Shown: positions 8,618-17,403 of the stretch, in pieces
Numbering within the stretch: the stretch's first letter is position 1
How the letters are laid out: each line of letters starts with the position of its first letter
Assembly: GCA_963790595.1 (NCBI GenBank)
Contig: CAWBPE010000002.1
Span: 46,857-110,856 of the forward strand
Length of the DNA stretch: 64,000 nucleotides
Direction: 5' to 3'
Origin: an uncultured Alphaproteobacteria bacterium
GTDB lineage: Bacteria; Pseudomonadota; Alphaproteobacteria; Rhizobiales; Xanthobacteraceae
Notes under the pieces: generated by a model
Databases searched by the model: none
Seen by the model: only the letters and a program-made list of their open reading frames with translations
Told to the model about the DNA's origin: nothing
Position numbers and translations under genes: made by a program

Positions 8618-11600
8618 CTAATCTTTACGGCCGCCTGCGAGCTGTTCGCGCAGCGCCGCCAGTTTGGCAAAGGGCGAATTGGGATCGGCCGGGCGATCGC
8701 GCTCGCGCGGACTGGCGCTGGTCGCGTATTGCCGGTGCGACGGACCGCCGCCGCCCGAGCGGCCGTCACGGTCGCCCTTGTCGCGGCCACCTTTATTGTC
8801 GCGATCGCGCCCGCCCTTGTCGCGGCCACCGCCGCCGAATTTGCCTTTCGGCCGATCGCCATCGCGATTGTCTCTGTTGCCCCGATTGTCGTTGCCTTTG
8901 CCCTGGAATCTTTCGCGCGGCGGACGGTCGCCTCTGTCCTCGCGCGGCGCCGGCGCGCCATTTACCGGCGCACCATCGGCGGGCGCGGCCGCGACCACAC
9001 CCTCGGCCGGCGGCGTATCGGTGCGGGGCTTTCGGAAATCATTGCGGCGTCCGCGCCGATGCCGCTCGTGCTTGGCGGCATCGCCAGCTTCGCCGGCGAC
9101 GGCCTCGCCCGCTGCGGCCGGCTGGGCGCCCGCGGCAGCGCGATCCGGACGATGATGGCGGTTATTGTCGCGACGCGGCGGCCGGCGCTCTTCCGAGCGG
9201 CCACCGGGCCGCCAGACTTCGACCAGTTCTGGCGCGGCTTCCGCGGTCGTCCCAGCTTCTGCAGTCGCTTCTACCGGCGCAGCATCGCTGGCAGTAGCGG
9301 GTTCAGCCGTGACTTCAGCGAGAGTCTGCGCGGCGACCTGTTCCTGAGGCTTGTCTTCCGCAGGCTGCGCCTCAACGGCGACAGGCGCGTCTTGGCTCGC
9401 AACGCGCAAGACATCCCGAAGCACTGGCGCTGCCGGTGCAGCGCTCTCATCGCTGACCGGCGGTGCATCGGGCGTGACGCTCGCGGTCTCGACTGTCTCA
9501 GGCGTTGTTTCAGCGGTGACGACCGCGGGCTCTGCATCGGCGGCTACGACGGCGTTCTCTGTCGCTTCTGTCGGCGCATCCACTGTTGCATCAGCTGTCG
9601 CTTCCGCAAGCGGCGTCTCCGCAGCAGCAGCTTCAACCATCGCAGCCACCGGCTTCGGCGGCAGCGGGGGGCGGCGCTCCATGCGATAGCCGAGCGCGCG
9701 CAGGATCGAGCCGAAATCTTCGCCGGCCGAACCCGTCAGCGACGTCATCGCTTGCGTGACGACAAAACTGCGGCCATCGAACGCGCCGGCGGGTTTTTCG
9801 CCCAGAGAGCCCTCACGCCAGGACAGCGCCGGACGAATGAGATCGGCCAGTCGCTCCAGAATATCGACCCGCACCGCGCGCTCGCCGCATTGGCGATAAC
9901 CCAGCACGCGATAGGCGTCGCGATTGAGCTGCTTGTCGACCGCGAACGACGTGCGGCCCGAACCTGCCAGATGCTGCGCGCCCGACAGTGCCGACATGTC
10001 GACATTGTCCTGCTTCTGGGCCCATAGCAGCGAGGCCAGCGCACGCGCCGCGGGTTTCAACAGCGGCGGCACATAGATGTGATAGGCGCCGAAGCGCACG
10101 CCGTATTTGCGCAAGGCTGCGCGCGAGGGCTGGTCGAGATCCTTCATCTCGGCCGCGATCTTCGAACGCTCCAGCACGCCGAGCGCCTCGATCAACTGGA
10201 ACGCGATGCCGCGGCCGATGCCGGTGATGTCTTCGGCCTTGGACAGATCGAACAGCGGCCCCAGCAGCTTTTCGATATGCGTCTTGAGCCACAGATCGAG
10301 CCGGGTCTGCACGGCTTCGCGCGCCGGGCCATTTAAGCGATCGTCCGAGATAATGCGGATGCGTGGATGCAGCGCGTCGTCGGCCGCGACCAGCTTGGCG
10401 ACGGCGTCGCCGGTCCAGCGGATGGTGCCATCCGACGCCAGCACGAACTGATCGTCCGGTGCGGCGGCGAGTTTCTCGGCGCGCCCCTCGATTTCGCCGG
10501 CCAGCGCCTTGAGCGCGGCAGCCTGCAGGGCCTTGGCTTCGGAGCCGGCCTCCGCCGCATCAGGCGCAAAGGTAAATCCATCGAGCCGGCCAATCACATG
10601 GCCTTCCACAATCACTTCGCCGGTCTTGCCGATTTCCGTAGTCAAAACGCTGTTCTCCCGCAGGCGGCGCATCAATACACTGGTACGACGATCAACGAAA
10701 CGCTCTGTGAGCCGTTCATGCAGCGCATCGGACAATTTATTTTCAACTTCCCGCGCCAGACCCTGCCAATGTTCGGGGTCGGCCAGCCAGTCCTGCCGGT
10801 TGGCCACGAACGTCCAGGTGCGGATTTGCGCGATCCTGCCCGATAAAGTGTCGATATCGCCGTCGGTACGATCGGCCTGGTCGACCTGGGCGGCGAACCA
10901 TGCATCGGGAATCCGGCCCTTTTGCATCAGAAAGCCGTAGAGCGTGGTGACCAGTTCGGCATGCGCGGCGGGCGCGATCTTGCGGTAATCCGGGATCTGG
11001 CAGGCATCCCACAAGCGTTCGATGGCGGCCGAGCCCTGCGCCATATCGCGCACATCGGCGTCGCGTGCCGCATGATCGAGCACGCGCAGATCTTCGGCGA
11101 TCGGCGCCCGGGTCAGCGCATCATGCGTCGGTGTCAGCGCCAAGGATACCTGCAGCGCGCCCAGCGAGGAAAAATCCAGCTTCGAATTGCGCCATTGCAG
11201 TACTTTTACGCTCTCGAACGTGTGATTCTGCAGCGCATTGACCAGTTCGGGCTCGAATGGCGCGCAGCGGCCCGTGGTGCCGAAAGTACCGTCGCGGGTG
11301 GCGCGCCCGGCCCGGCCCGCAATCTGCGCGAATTCCGACGGGTTCAGGCGCCGGAACTGATAGCCATCATATTTGCGGTCGGACGCGAACGCGACATGAT
11401 CGACATCGAGGTTGAGGCCCATCCCCACGGCATCCGTCGCGACGAGGTAATCGACGTCGCCGGACTGGAACATCGCGACCTGCGCATTGCGTGTGCGCGG
11501 GCTCAGCGACCCCAGCACGACCGCCGCGCCGCCATGTTGCCTTCGGATCAGTTCGGCGATGGCGTAGACTTCATCGGCCGAGAACGCGACGATCGCGGTG

Positions 11601-12145
11601 CGCCGCGGCTGGCGCGTGATCTTGCGGTCGCCGGCAAACTCAAGCTGCGACAGCCTTGGCCGCGTGACGATCGAGGCGCCGGGCAACAACCGCTCGATGA
11701 TCGGGCGCATCGTGGCGGCGCCCAGCAACAGCGTCTCATCGCGGCCGCGCCGGTTCAAAATGCGATCGGTGAAGACATGCCCGCGCTCGAGATCGGCCGC
11801 GATCTGGATTTCATCGACCGCGAGAAACGAAACATCCAGATCCCGCGGCATCGCCTCGACGGTCGAGACCCAGAACCGCGCCTTCGGCGGTTTTATCTTT
11901 TCCTCGCCGGTGATCAGCGCGACGGAATCGGGCCCGGCGCGATCGACGATCTTGTTATAGACCTCGCGCGCGAGCAGCCGCAGCGGCAGGCCGATAATCC
12001 CCGACGAATGCGCCAGCATCCGCTCGATCGCCAGATGGGTCTTGCCGGTATTGGTCGGCCCAAGCACCGCGGTGACACCCGCACCCGGGGCCCGGTCATT
12101 GGAAAACGAATGCGCGAACGATGACGAGGAAGAAGAGAAAGCCAT
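8618..12145 (-). CDS. SUV3-like superfamily-2 RNA helicase with long low-complexity C-terminal region
   Basis: 1175-aa ORF with Walker A GPTNTGKT, a DEIQ box and helicase C motifs (ATDAVGMGLNLD, QIAGRAGR). The C-terminus has an acidic A/E/T/P linker, then an R/G/D-rich tail (GGGRDKGGRDRDNKGGRDKGDRDGRSGGGG). Confidence 0.88.
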   Translation of the reverse strand: MAFSSSSSSFAHSFSNDRAPGAGVTAVLGPTNTGKTHLAIERMLAHSSGIIGLPLRLLAREVYNKIVDRAGPDSVALITGEEKIKPPKARFWVSTVEAMPRDLDVSFLAVDEIQIAADLERGHVFTDRILNRRGRDETLLLGAATMRPIIERLLPGASIVTRPRLSQLEFAGDRKITRQPRRTAIVAFSADEVYAIAELIRRQHGGAAVVLGSLSPRTRNAQVAMFQSGDVDYLVATDAVGMGLNLDVDHVAFASDRKYDGYQFRRLNPSEFAQIAGRAGRATRDGTFGTTGRCAPFEPELVNALQNHTFESVKVLQWRNSKLDFSSLGALQVSLALTPTHDALTRAPIAEDLRVLDHAARDADVRDMAQGSAAIERLWDACQIPDYRKIAPAAHAELVTTLYGFLMQKGRIPDAWFAAQVDQADRTDGDIDTLSGRIAQIRTWTFVANRQDWLADPEHWQGLAREVENKLSDALHERLTERFVDRRTSVLMRRLRENSVLTTEIGKTGEVIVEGHVIGRLDGFTFAPDAAEAGSEAKALQAAALKALAGEIEGRAEKLAAAPDDQFVLASDGTIRWTGDAVAKLVAADDALHPRIRIISDDRLNGPAREAVQTRLDLWLKTHIEKLLGPLFDLSKAEDITGIGRGIAFQLIEALGVLERSKIAAEMKDLDQPSRAALRKYGVRFGAYHIYVPPLLKPAARALASLLWAQKQDNVDMSALSGAQHLAGSGRTSFAVDKQLNRDAYRVLGYRQCGERAVRVDILERLADLIRPALSWREGSLGEKPAGAFDGRSFVVTQAMTSLTGSAGEDFGSILRALGYRMERRPPLPPKPVAAMVEAAAAETPLAEATADATVDAPTEATENAVVAADAEPAVVTAETTPETVETASVTPDAPPVSDESAAPAAPVLRDVLRVASQDAPVAVEAQPAEDKPQEQVAAQTLAEVTAEPATASDAAPVEATAEAGTTAEAAPELVEVWRPGGRSEERRPPRRDNNRHHRPDRAAAGAQPAAAGEAVAGEAGDAAKHERHRRGRRNDFRKPRTDTPPAEGVVAAAPADGAPVNGAPAPREDRGDRPPRERFQGKGNDNRGNRDNRDGDRPKGKFGGGGRDKGGRDRDNKGGRDKGDRDGRSGGGGPSHRQYATSASPRERDRPADPNSPFAKLAALREQLAGGRKD

Positions 12146-12271
12146 ATTTTTCAGGGGTTTCTTTTATGTGCCGGCGCGCTTGGTCGTCTTAGCCCGCCGA
12201 TCGATCGCGCGTCCGTTGTGCGCCATTTCGTTACATTTTGCGATGCCTGCGCGGTCGAACTTTAAGTTCCG

Positions 12272-12286
12272 GAACGAGTCCGGAAC
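12272..12286. promoter_or_regulatory. candidate alphaproteobacterial LexA (SOS) box GAAC-N7-GAAC
   Basis: GAACGAGTCCGGAAC lies 127-141 nt upstream of the helicase start. It is immediately preceded by GAACTTTAAGTTC (12257-12269). Confidence 0.3.
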
Positions 12287-12519
12287 GAATCGCGAAGGAA
12301 TCGCTGACTCATCTGCACTCCGGCTTCGTTCACCGCAACATCTCGCGCTGACCCCTGATGTCAACACTAGATCAAGTTTGGCGCAGCGCGACAAGGGCAG
12401 GATTGGCGTCGAATTCCTTAAGTTTGCAGCGAGGGCGGAGTCGAATCAGAAGTGAGGAAGAGTCAAGCGATGAGTCAGGGCTCGAAATCCTTCTCTCGCG
12501 AGCGCCTCGCTCTCTCGCT

Positions 12520-12558
12520 CCCTCCCCCCTTGAGTGGGAGGGTCGGGGTGGGGGGTGA
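12520..12558. repeat. Family D repeat (CCCTCCCC..GGGAGGG + GGGGTG(A/G)GGGG)
   Basis: CCCTCCCCCCTTGAGTGGGAGGGTCGGGGTGGGGGGTGAC. Related copies lie at 12679-12717, 17252-17403 with 18707-18790, 19351-19396, 20739-20838, 22017-22132 and 24166-24278. Confidence 0.8.
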
Positions 12559-12678
12559 CGCGGGCGAGAACTTCTCGGTTTGCACGCACTCCATCAGCAC
12601 ACGTCTTCAACTCGCATAGTCAAAAAAAGAAAACTTGCTGTCAGCATCGGAAGTTTCACGGAGAGAGTTTCGCTTGCG

Positions 12679-12717
12679 GCTACCCCCCTCCCCGACCCTC
12701 CCCCGCAAGGGGGGAGG
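12679..12717. repeat. Family D repeat
   Basis: GCTACCCCCCTCCCCGACCCTCCCCCGCAAGGGGGGAGG, nearly identical to 20800-20838. Confidence 0.8.
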
Positions 12718-12728
12718 AGAAGAAAGAC

Positions 12729-13637
12729 CTACTGCGTCTTCGCGACGCGCGGCGGGGTCGCGGTGGTAATGAACTGCGTCGCTTCCAGCATCGCCACGCC
12801 CAAAGGCGTCGGGATCACCATGCGGAACGGGACCAGGATGCGGGTTCCCAAAACAGGCGCGAAGGCGATTTCCATGTTGCGCTGGGCGGAGAGATATTTG
12901 ATCACGGGGCGATCGGGGATGTAGCCGGCGACCGGCGAGAAATACACCGCGCACACCACGACCGGGCCGGCATAGCCCTTTTCGGCCTTCACGGTTTCCA
13001 TGCGCTTGAAATCGAGCTTCAGATCGTAGCGCAGCCTTCCGTCGAAAATCGCAGCCCCCGTATGGCAGGCTTCGGGGGTGAGCGGATCTGATGTGCCGGG
13101 CACGCGCAGCATCGATCCCGTCATCGGATCGAACACATTTTTGCGATGCGCGTCGGTCACGACCACGCGGTCGGGATCGACAGGCGGTTCGGGATCGATG
13201 CCAAACTCTTTGATGTTGCCGTTGGCCAGCACCATGTGGATGGCCTCGGACTTTTTCGAAGACGTCGTGGTGGCCTGATAATTGGTCGCGACCAGCGCGC
13301 CATTGACGACGCGGCCTTGCGCCGCACCCGTGCCGGAGCCGCCGGCGAAGGCTTTCAATATCCCCGACGTGCCGCCCTGGGCCGCCGCGGAGAACTGATC
13401 GTCCAGGATTTCGATGGCCCAGGAGCCCTTGCCGACGGGAATACCGGCCAGCGTCGCCTCATAATGCGCATCGAGCCGGCCCTGCGCCGAAGCCGTAGGC
13501 GTCCCCCCCGCCAGCACCACCACGGCGGCGAACAGGCCGCCCAACACCCGCAACGCCGGGACGGCCAGCCGGGGCGAAATCATGCCGTGGGTATGCACTG
13601 TCAGAACAATCCTTACATCAGCGCGACGAGGCATCAT
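12729..13637 (-). CDS. secreted hypothetical protein (resembles DUF3108 family)
   Basis: 302-aa ORF with good GC3 codon bias and signal peptide LRVLGGLFAAVVVLAGGTPTASA. The start is possibly the second Met (MISPRL, 13583). The family assignment is from memory only. Confidence 0.65.
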   Translation of the reverse strand: MMPRRADVRIVLTVHTHGMISPRLAVPALRVLGGLFAAVVVLAGGTPTASAQGRLDAHYEATLAGIPVGKGSWAIEILDDQFSAAAQGGTSGILKAFAGGSGTGAAQGRVVNGALVATNYQATTTSSKKSEAIHMVLANGNIKEFGIDPEPPVDPDRVVVTDAHRKNVFDPMTGSMLRVPGTSDPLTPEACHTGAAIFDGRLRYDLKLDFKRMETVKAEKGYAGPVVVCAVYFSPVAGYIPDRPVIKYLSAQRNMEIAFAPVLGTRILVPFRMVIPTPLGVAMLEATQFITTATPPRVAKTQ

Positions 13638-13843
13638 TTAAGCCAAAAAATCCGCCAAACAACGGATAAAACCGGGACATCAGCGGCAATCGGCGTGCTT
13701 TTTCAGCACATCCTTACTGAGGCCGGGCTTTAAGCGCGGAAAACCATGATGTCGGTGGCGAATACGCCGTTTATATGATGGATTGCAGAGGGTTCGGGGG
13801 CCTGTTCTCGTGTCCCGGACGCGGTGCAGCTTCGCTCTTTCCT

Positions 13844-13972
13844 CGTCATGGCCGGGCTTGACCCGGCCATCCACGCCTTATCGCGGCTCAAGGACAGCAA
13901 GACGTGGATGCCCGGGACAGAGGCGAGCGGAAGCGACGCCGTCCTTTGGACGGCTAAGCCCGGGCATGACGA
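13844..13972. repeat. Family C palindromic repeat
   Basis: TCGTCATGGCCGGGCTTGACCCGGCCATCCACG ... GACGTGGATGCCCGGGACAG ... AGCCCGGGCATGACGA. Other copies lie at 16182-16274 and 22888-22978, with a variant at 46718-46750. Confidence 0.85.
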
Positions 13973-14026
13973 AACCTAAAAGTCCTCGGGAACCCTTATT
14001 TCAGGGCCTTTGAAGCCTCCAAAACC

Positions 14027-14055
14027 TTGACGCCCCGCTCCTCTCCCCCTATACG
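14027..14055 (+). promoter_or_regulatory. candidate sigma70-type promoter of rpmB
   Basis: TTGACG-N17-TATACG about 90 nt upstream of the rpmB ATG. This is a pattern match only. Confidence 0.4.
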
Positions 14056-14144
14056 TCCGCGGTTCCCTGAATGGGCGTGAATTTGAACCCTTGGCGCCGA
14101 TCCCTACGCGGGACGGAAGCCGGGATGGAAGAGGATTTCTTGCG

Positions 14145-14471
14145 ATGTCGCGGCGCTGCGAACTAACGGCCAAGGGCCCGATGGTAGGCCACAAGGTGAG
14201 CCACTCCAATATCAAGACCAAGCGCCGGTTCCTGCCGAACCTGTGCAACGTCACCTTCATCTCCGACGCGCTCGGCCGCAACGTGCGCCTGCGCGTCTCG
14301 ACCAACGCGATCAAGAGCGTCGACCACCGCGGCGGCCTCGATGCCTACCTGGTCAAGGCCAAGGCCGACGTGCTGTCGCCCCGCGCCCTCGAACTGAAGC
14401 GCGCGATCGAGAAGAAGCTGCCGAAGACCGAATTCGTGAAGAAGCCGGAGCGTGTGAAGAAGGCGAGCTAA
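14145..14471 (+). CDS. rpmB: 50S ribosomal protein L28
   Basis: [69 protein letters not shown]. The ATG is at 14145, inside the longer track ORF. Confidence 0.95.
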   Translation: MSRRCELTAKGPMVGHKVSHSNIKTKRRFLPNLCNVTFISDALGRNVRLRVSTNAIKSVDHRGGLDAYLVKAKADVLSPRALELKRAIEKKLPKTEFVKKPERVKKAS

Positions 14472-14509
14472 GCTTTTCGCGAGAGCGGTTCAGGGGTTTG
14501 AGAGTTTTG

Positions 14510-14542
14510 CGGCCGGGTCGAAAGACCCGGCTGTTTTTGTTT
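14510..14542 (+). terminator. rho-independent terminator of rpmB
   Basis: GCCGGGTC-GAAA-GACCCGGC followed by TGTTTTTGTTT. Confidence 0.85.
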
Positions 14543-14671
14543 GGGGGGCGAGCGGTGGATGAGTTGGAGGGTAACTAGCGGTTGTCCGCCGACGCCAAAG
14601 GCGTAGAGTTCCATTTTCCGCGCACCGGCTATTCCACAAATTTTTTGCCCGTAGCGGTCGAGGGAGGCGGG

Positions 14672-14998
14672 ATGGACACGCGCCGAATAACTGACGAAGA
14701 AGCAAAAATTATTCTGGGCTACGAGGAGAACCATTTTCGTGATTTGAAGGCCAAGGAAATCGCTCCCGGCAAACTTTCCCAATCCATTTCCGCCTTCGGT
14801 AATACTGCAGGAGGAGAGCTATACCTTGACGAAAATCCCACTATAACGAACGAAATCGGACGAGGCATAACAGGGCTGCGACGCGACGTTCAAATGAAAG
14901 ACACGTTTGTGTTGCTGAGAAAGAAAGGATTGATCGAGCAGGTCCCGGGGAAACGAGGCAGAGCTACAGCTTGGCGAAAGGTCGAGACGCCCAAATAA
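14672..14998 (+). pseudogene. probable internally deleted remnant of an AlbA_2 (Schlafen-type) DNA-binding / wHTH protein
   Basis: From the ATG (MDTRRITDEEAKIILGYEENHFRDLKAKEIAPGKLSQSISAFGNTAGGELYL), the AlbA_2-like N-terminus is joined directly to a C-terminal wHTH-like end (LLRKKGLIEQVPGKRGRATAWRKV). Only 108 aa remain, and the gene lies in the lower-GC islet. The family call is from memory and not searched. Confidence 0.35.
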
Positions 14999-15162
14999 GC
15001 GAAATGCTTGCTTTGGGTTGCAGCCTCTAGCTTCGTCAAACTCTCAACTCACCTGACTTACCGAACTTCCATCTATTTGCAATTCTCATCAATCAAATTG
15101 CGCCTAACATTCCGTACACCACCGGGAACTGATGTTGTCAGACAGCGGATCGAAGGCGAGCG

Positions 15163-15873
15163 ATGGCGCAGTTAAATCAACCACGGACTTTACCGATAGA
15201 CGCCTACGCGGGTGATCCATTTTTCAAGAGGCATCCTCGTTCGACGTGGAATGCTTGCATCGGAATACAAGGCGACGAGGAATATTACCTCGACGGATAT
15301 ATCGAAGCGGCAACAGAATTGACCTCCGCCGTTATCGATAAAAAAATGCTCGATAAGCGCGACACACTAATTCTTCCGATCCTGTACAATGCGCGACACG
15401 CAGTCGAGCTCTTGCTCAAATTTGCTTCGGTTCGCCTCGTGAAAGCCGGATTGCTCTCGTCGGGCGGCCGCCCCAATCACAACATTCGCGGATATTGGGA
15501 GCGGCTGAATGCAGCCGCCCTCGGCGACGAGAAACTTAGCAAGCAGATTCAAGCTCTCAAGCCTTTTGTCGACAGCCTCTCACGCATAGACAGCGACGGG
15601 CAAGAGCTTCGCTATCATCTTAGCCGGTTCAATGACCCAAGCCTGGAGGACTATTCCCTCGCCAATTTAGAGGTAATTCGCGCGAGCCTTTCCGAATTGT
15701 CTGAGATCATATCGATCCTAAAAAATCGCATTATTGGCTTCATTAATGAACGCAAATCAGGGCTTTTCACTAGCCGCTGCTCAAGACGCGACCTTTTGAC
15801 CATTGCGCAGATAATTCCACGAAGGGAATCCTGGGGTATTCTGCTATGCCTTCCCCAATTTACCCCCCATTAA
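15163..15873 (+). CDS. hypothetical all-helical protein in lower-GC islet (weak HEPN-like pattern)
   Basis: 236-aa ORF with GAAGG upstream of the ATG and about 50% GC. Segments NARHAVELLLKF, NHNIRGYWERL and ELRYHLSR are reminiscent of classical HEPN helices, but no canonical Rx4-6H motif is present. Confidence 0.5.
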   Translation: MAQLNQPRTLPIDAYAGDPFFKRHPRSTWNACIGIQGDEEYYLDGYIEAATELTSAVIDKKMLDKRDTLILPILYNARHAVELLLKFASVRLVKAGLLSSGGRPNHNIRGYWERLNAAALGDEKLSKQIQALKPFVDSLSRIDSDGQELRYHLSRFNDPSLEDYSLANLEVIRASLSELSEIISILKNRIIGFINERKSGLFTSRCSRRDLLTIAQIIPRRESWGILLCLPQFTPH

Positions 15874-15930
15874 CCATAATCTCCTACCCATTTAGCGTCT
15901 TCTCCCTTAGAGCCTTCGGAGAACGAGGCC

Positions 15931-16167
15931 ATGGTCTCAGCCGTCAATAATAATCAAAGCAGCCAAAGCGTTTTCGCGCCGCAGCCGGCGGCGCAGTCGC
16001 AATCTTCCTCATCTTCGCAGAACACGTCGTTCCAGGATGCGGTCGCGCAATATACCCAGGATACGACGGCCGGGGCCGGCGGCAATTATGGCTCTGGCGG
16101 CACCAACAGCCCGACGCAGGCGCTGAGCAGCGATTTGATGTCGTCGCTGCTGTCGATGCAGTCGTGA
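15931..16167 (+). CDS. small Gln/Ser-rich hypothetical protein
   Basis: 78-aa ORF with a low-complexity N-terminus and amphipathic C-terminus (ALSSDLMSSLLSMQS). Coding status is uncertain. Confidence 0.4.
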   Translation: MVSAVNNNQSSQSVFAPQPAAQSQSSSSSQNTSFQDAVAQYTQDTTAGAGGNYGSGGTNSPTQALSSDLMSSLLSMQS

Positions 16168-16181
16168 GGCGGAAGTAATTC

Positions 16182-16274
16182 CCGTCATGGCCGGGTTTAT
16201 CCCGGCCATCCACGTCTTTCTTGACGTGGGGGAAGTAAGACGTGGATGCCCGGAATAAATCCGGGCATGACGAG
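16182..16274. repeat. Family C palindromic repeat
   Basis: CCGTCATGGCCGGGTTTATCCCGGCCATCCACGTC...GACGTGGATGCCCGGAATAAATCCGGGCATGACGAG. Confidence 0.85.
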
Positions 16275-16349
16275 CTGAGAGGCCTGCGCCCACGCATGCT
16301 GCAGAGAACGAAACGCCGGTCCCGCGCGCGGCTGCTATTTGACCGCCAG

Positions 16350-16550
16350 TCATTTGACCGTCAGGGCGTCACGCGCCTTGACCAGCCGGTCGAGCTCTTC
16401 CTGCTGTTGAGCCATGCGCCCGGATGTTCGTTCTTCATCCTGCGCGCCGGACGAGGCGGCGGCCTGTTCGACCAATTGCCGGATGTTGTCCCGCAATATG
16501 GCGATGCGATCGTTGAGTTCGGCTAGCGAAAGCGAATTGTCGTTGCTCAT
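16350..16550 (-). CDS. small coiled-coil hypothetical protein
   Basis: 66-aa ORF (MSNDNSLSLAELNDRIAILRDNIRQLVEQ...EELDRLVKARDALTVK) with heptad-like pattern, GC-rich codon usage and an ATG start. Confidence 0.45.
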   Translation of the reverse strand: MSNDNSLSLAELNDRIAILRDNIRQLVEQAAASSGAQDEERTSGRMAQQQEELDRLVKARDALTVK

Positions 16551-16582
16551 GGTCGATTCCTTGATGGGCCGAGATTAGGATC

Positions 16583-16636
16583 TTTTTTGACGCGTTTTCT
16601 TGACGCGAACCGGTACCCACTTCGCTTAAAAACGCT
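16583..16636. repeat. Family F repeat
   Basis: TTTTTTGACGCGTTTTCTTGACGCGAACCGGTACCCACTTCGCTTAAAAACGCT. It is near-identical to 46806-46858, with a partial copy at about 37119-37162. Confidence 0.85.
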
Positions 16637-16839
16637 ATAGCCTTCGCTGCGCATCCTGCCACATCAATCGATCAGCGCGCCATGGGTTCCCTCCGGGACA
16701 CGTCTCGTTCCCCCGGGGAGCATTTCGCTCTTCCTCACGCGACGACAGGACGCAGGCGCCGCGGCTGAAATCGCTTGAACCTCTTCCGCTTCCGGCGACT
16801 CCTAGTACGGACCCGGTTCACCGAAGAGCCCGCGCCGCC

Positions 16840-17238
16840 ATGACGCTCGCGATCCTGCTCGTGACCCTCGCCTGCCTCGCCGCATTGTCGGTGCGCCTGG
16901 TGCTGGCGATGGTGAAGCGCAAGCACGACGCAACAGAATATTACAGGAGCTGGGGCAGCTACCGGCATCCGATCGTGCTGCAAGGCCGGATCATCAAGCA
17001 GGAGGCGGATCTGCTCGCCGCCCAGGGCGCGGTCTGGCTCGCCGCCGATTTCAGCGACGACGGCAAACTGATGCGCGTGGTCAAGCATTACCGCGGCGAG
17101 GTGTTCTTCGAATATGTCTATGCGTATCACCCCAACGGAAGGCTGAAGAGCGCAACCGTAACGCGCGACGGACGCGTGACCGTGCTGGAATATGATTCGC
17201 GCGGGCGCAGGATCTCGGAGGCGAGTATTGCGTTTTGA
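16840..17238 (+). CDS. membrane-anchored hypothetical protein
   Basis: 132-aa ORF with an N-terminal TM helix (MTLAILLVTLACLAALSVRLVLAMV) followed by a soluble beta-rich domain. No motif was recognised. Confidence 0.5.
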   Translation: MTLAILLVTLACLAALSVRLVLAMVKRKHDATEYYRSWGSYRHPIVLQGRIIKQEADLLAAQGAVWLAADFSDDGKLMRVVKHYRGEVFFEYVYAYHPNGRLKSATVTRDGRVTVLEYDSRGRRISEASIAF

Positions 17239-17403
17239 GATTCTCTTACTTCACCTCTCCCACCCAACTCGGGTTTACCCGAGTTGGGCATATTAAATTG
17301 TCGAAGTCGGATATATCCGACTTCGAGTGGGAGAGATCGGATCGCATCGCAGATGCGATCCGGGTGAGGGGTTACGGACTATCGATAGAGGTTCAACCGG
17401 GAT

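Noticed and set aside
13783-14013. Short ORFs translated from repeats, such as 13783-14013, 22892-23419, 4441-4704, 6151-6384 and 53282-53503
   Set aside because: Their sequences (SWPGLTRPST, MAGLDPAIHV, VGWAKALLRRAHH, VVPANAGTHNH, SSLRTQGP) are simply the repeat families read in one frame, and the same peptides recur wherever the repeat occurs.
14582-14671. TTG start given by the ORF track for the 138-aa ORF after rpmB
   Set aside because: The first 30 codons overlap the region just past the rpmB terminator and have no Shine-Dalgarno sequence. The internal ATG preceded by GGGAGG is a better start, and the ORF itself is probably a gene remnant.
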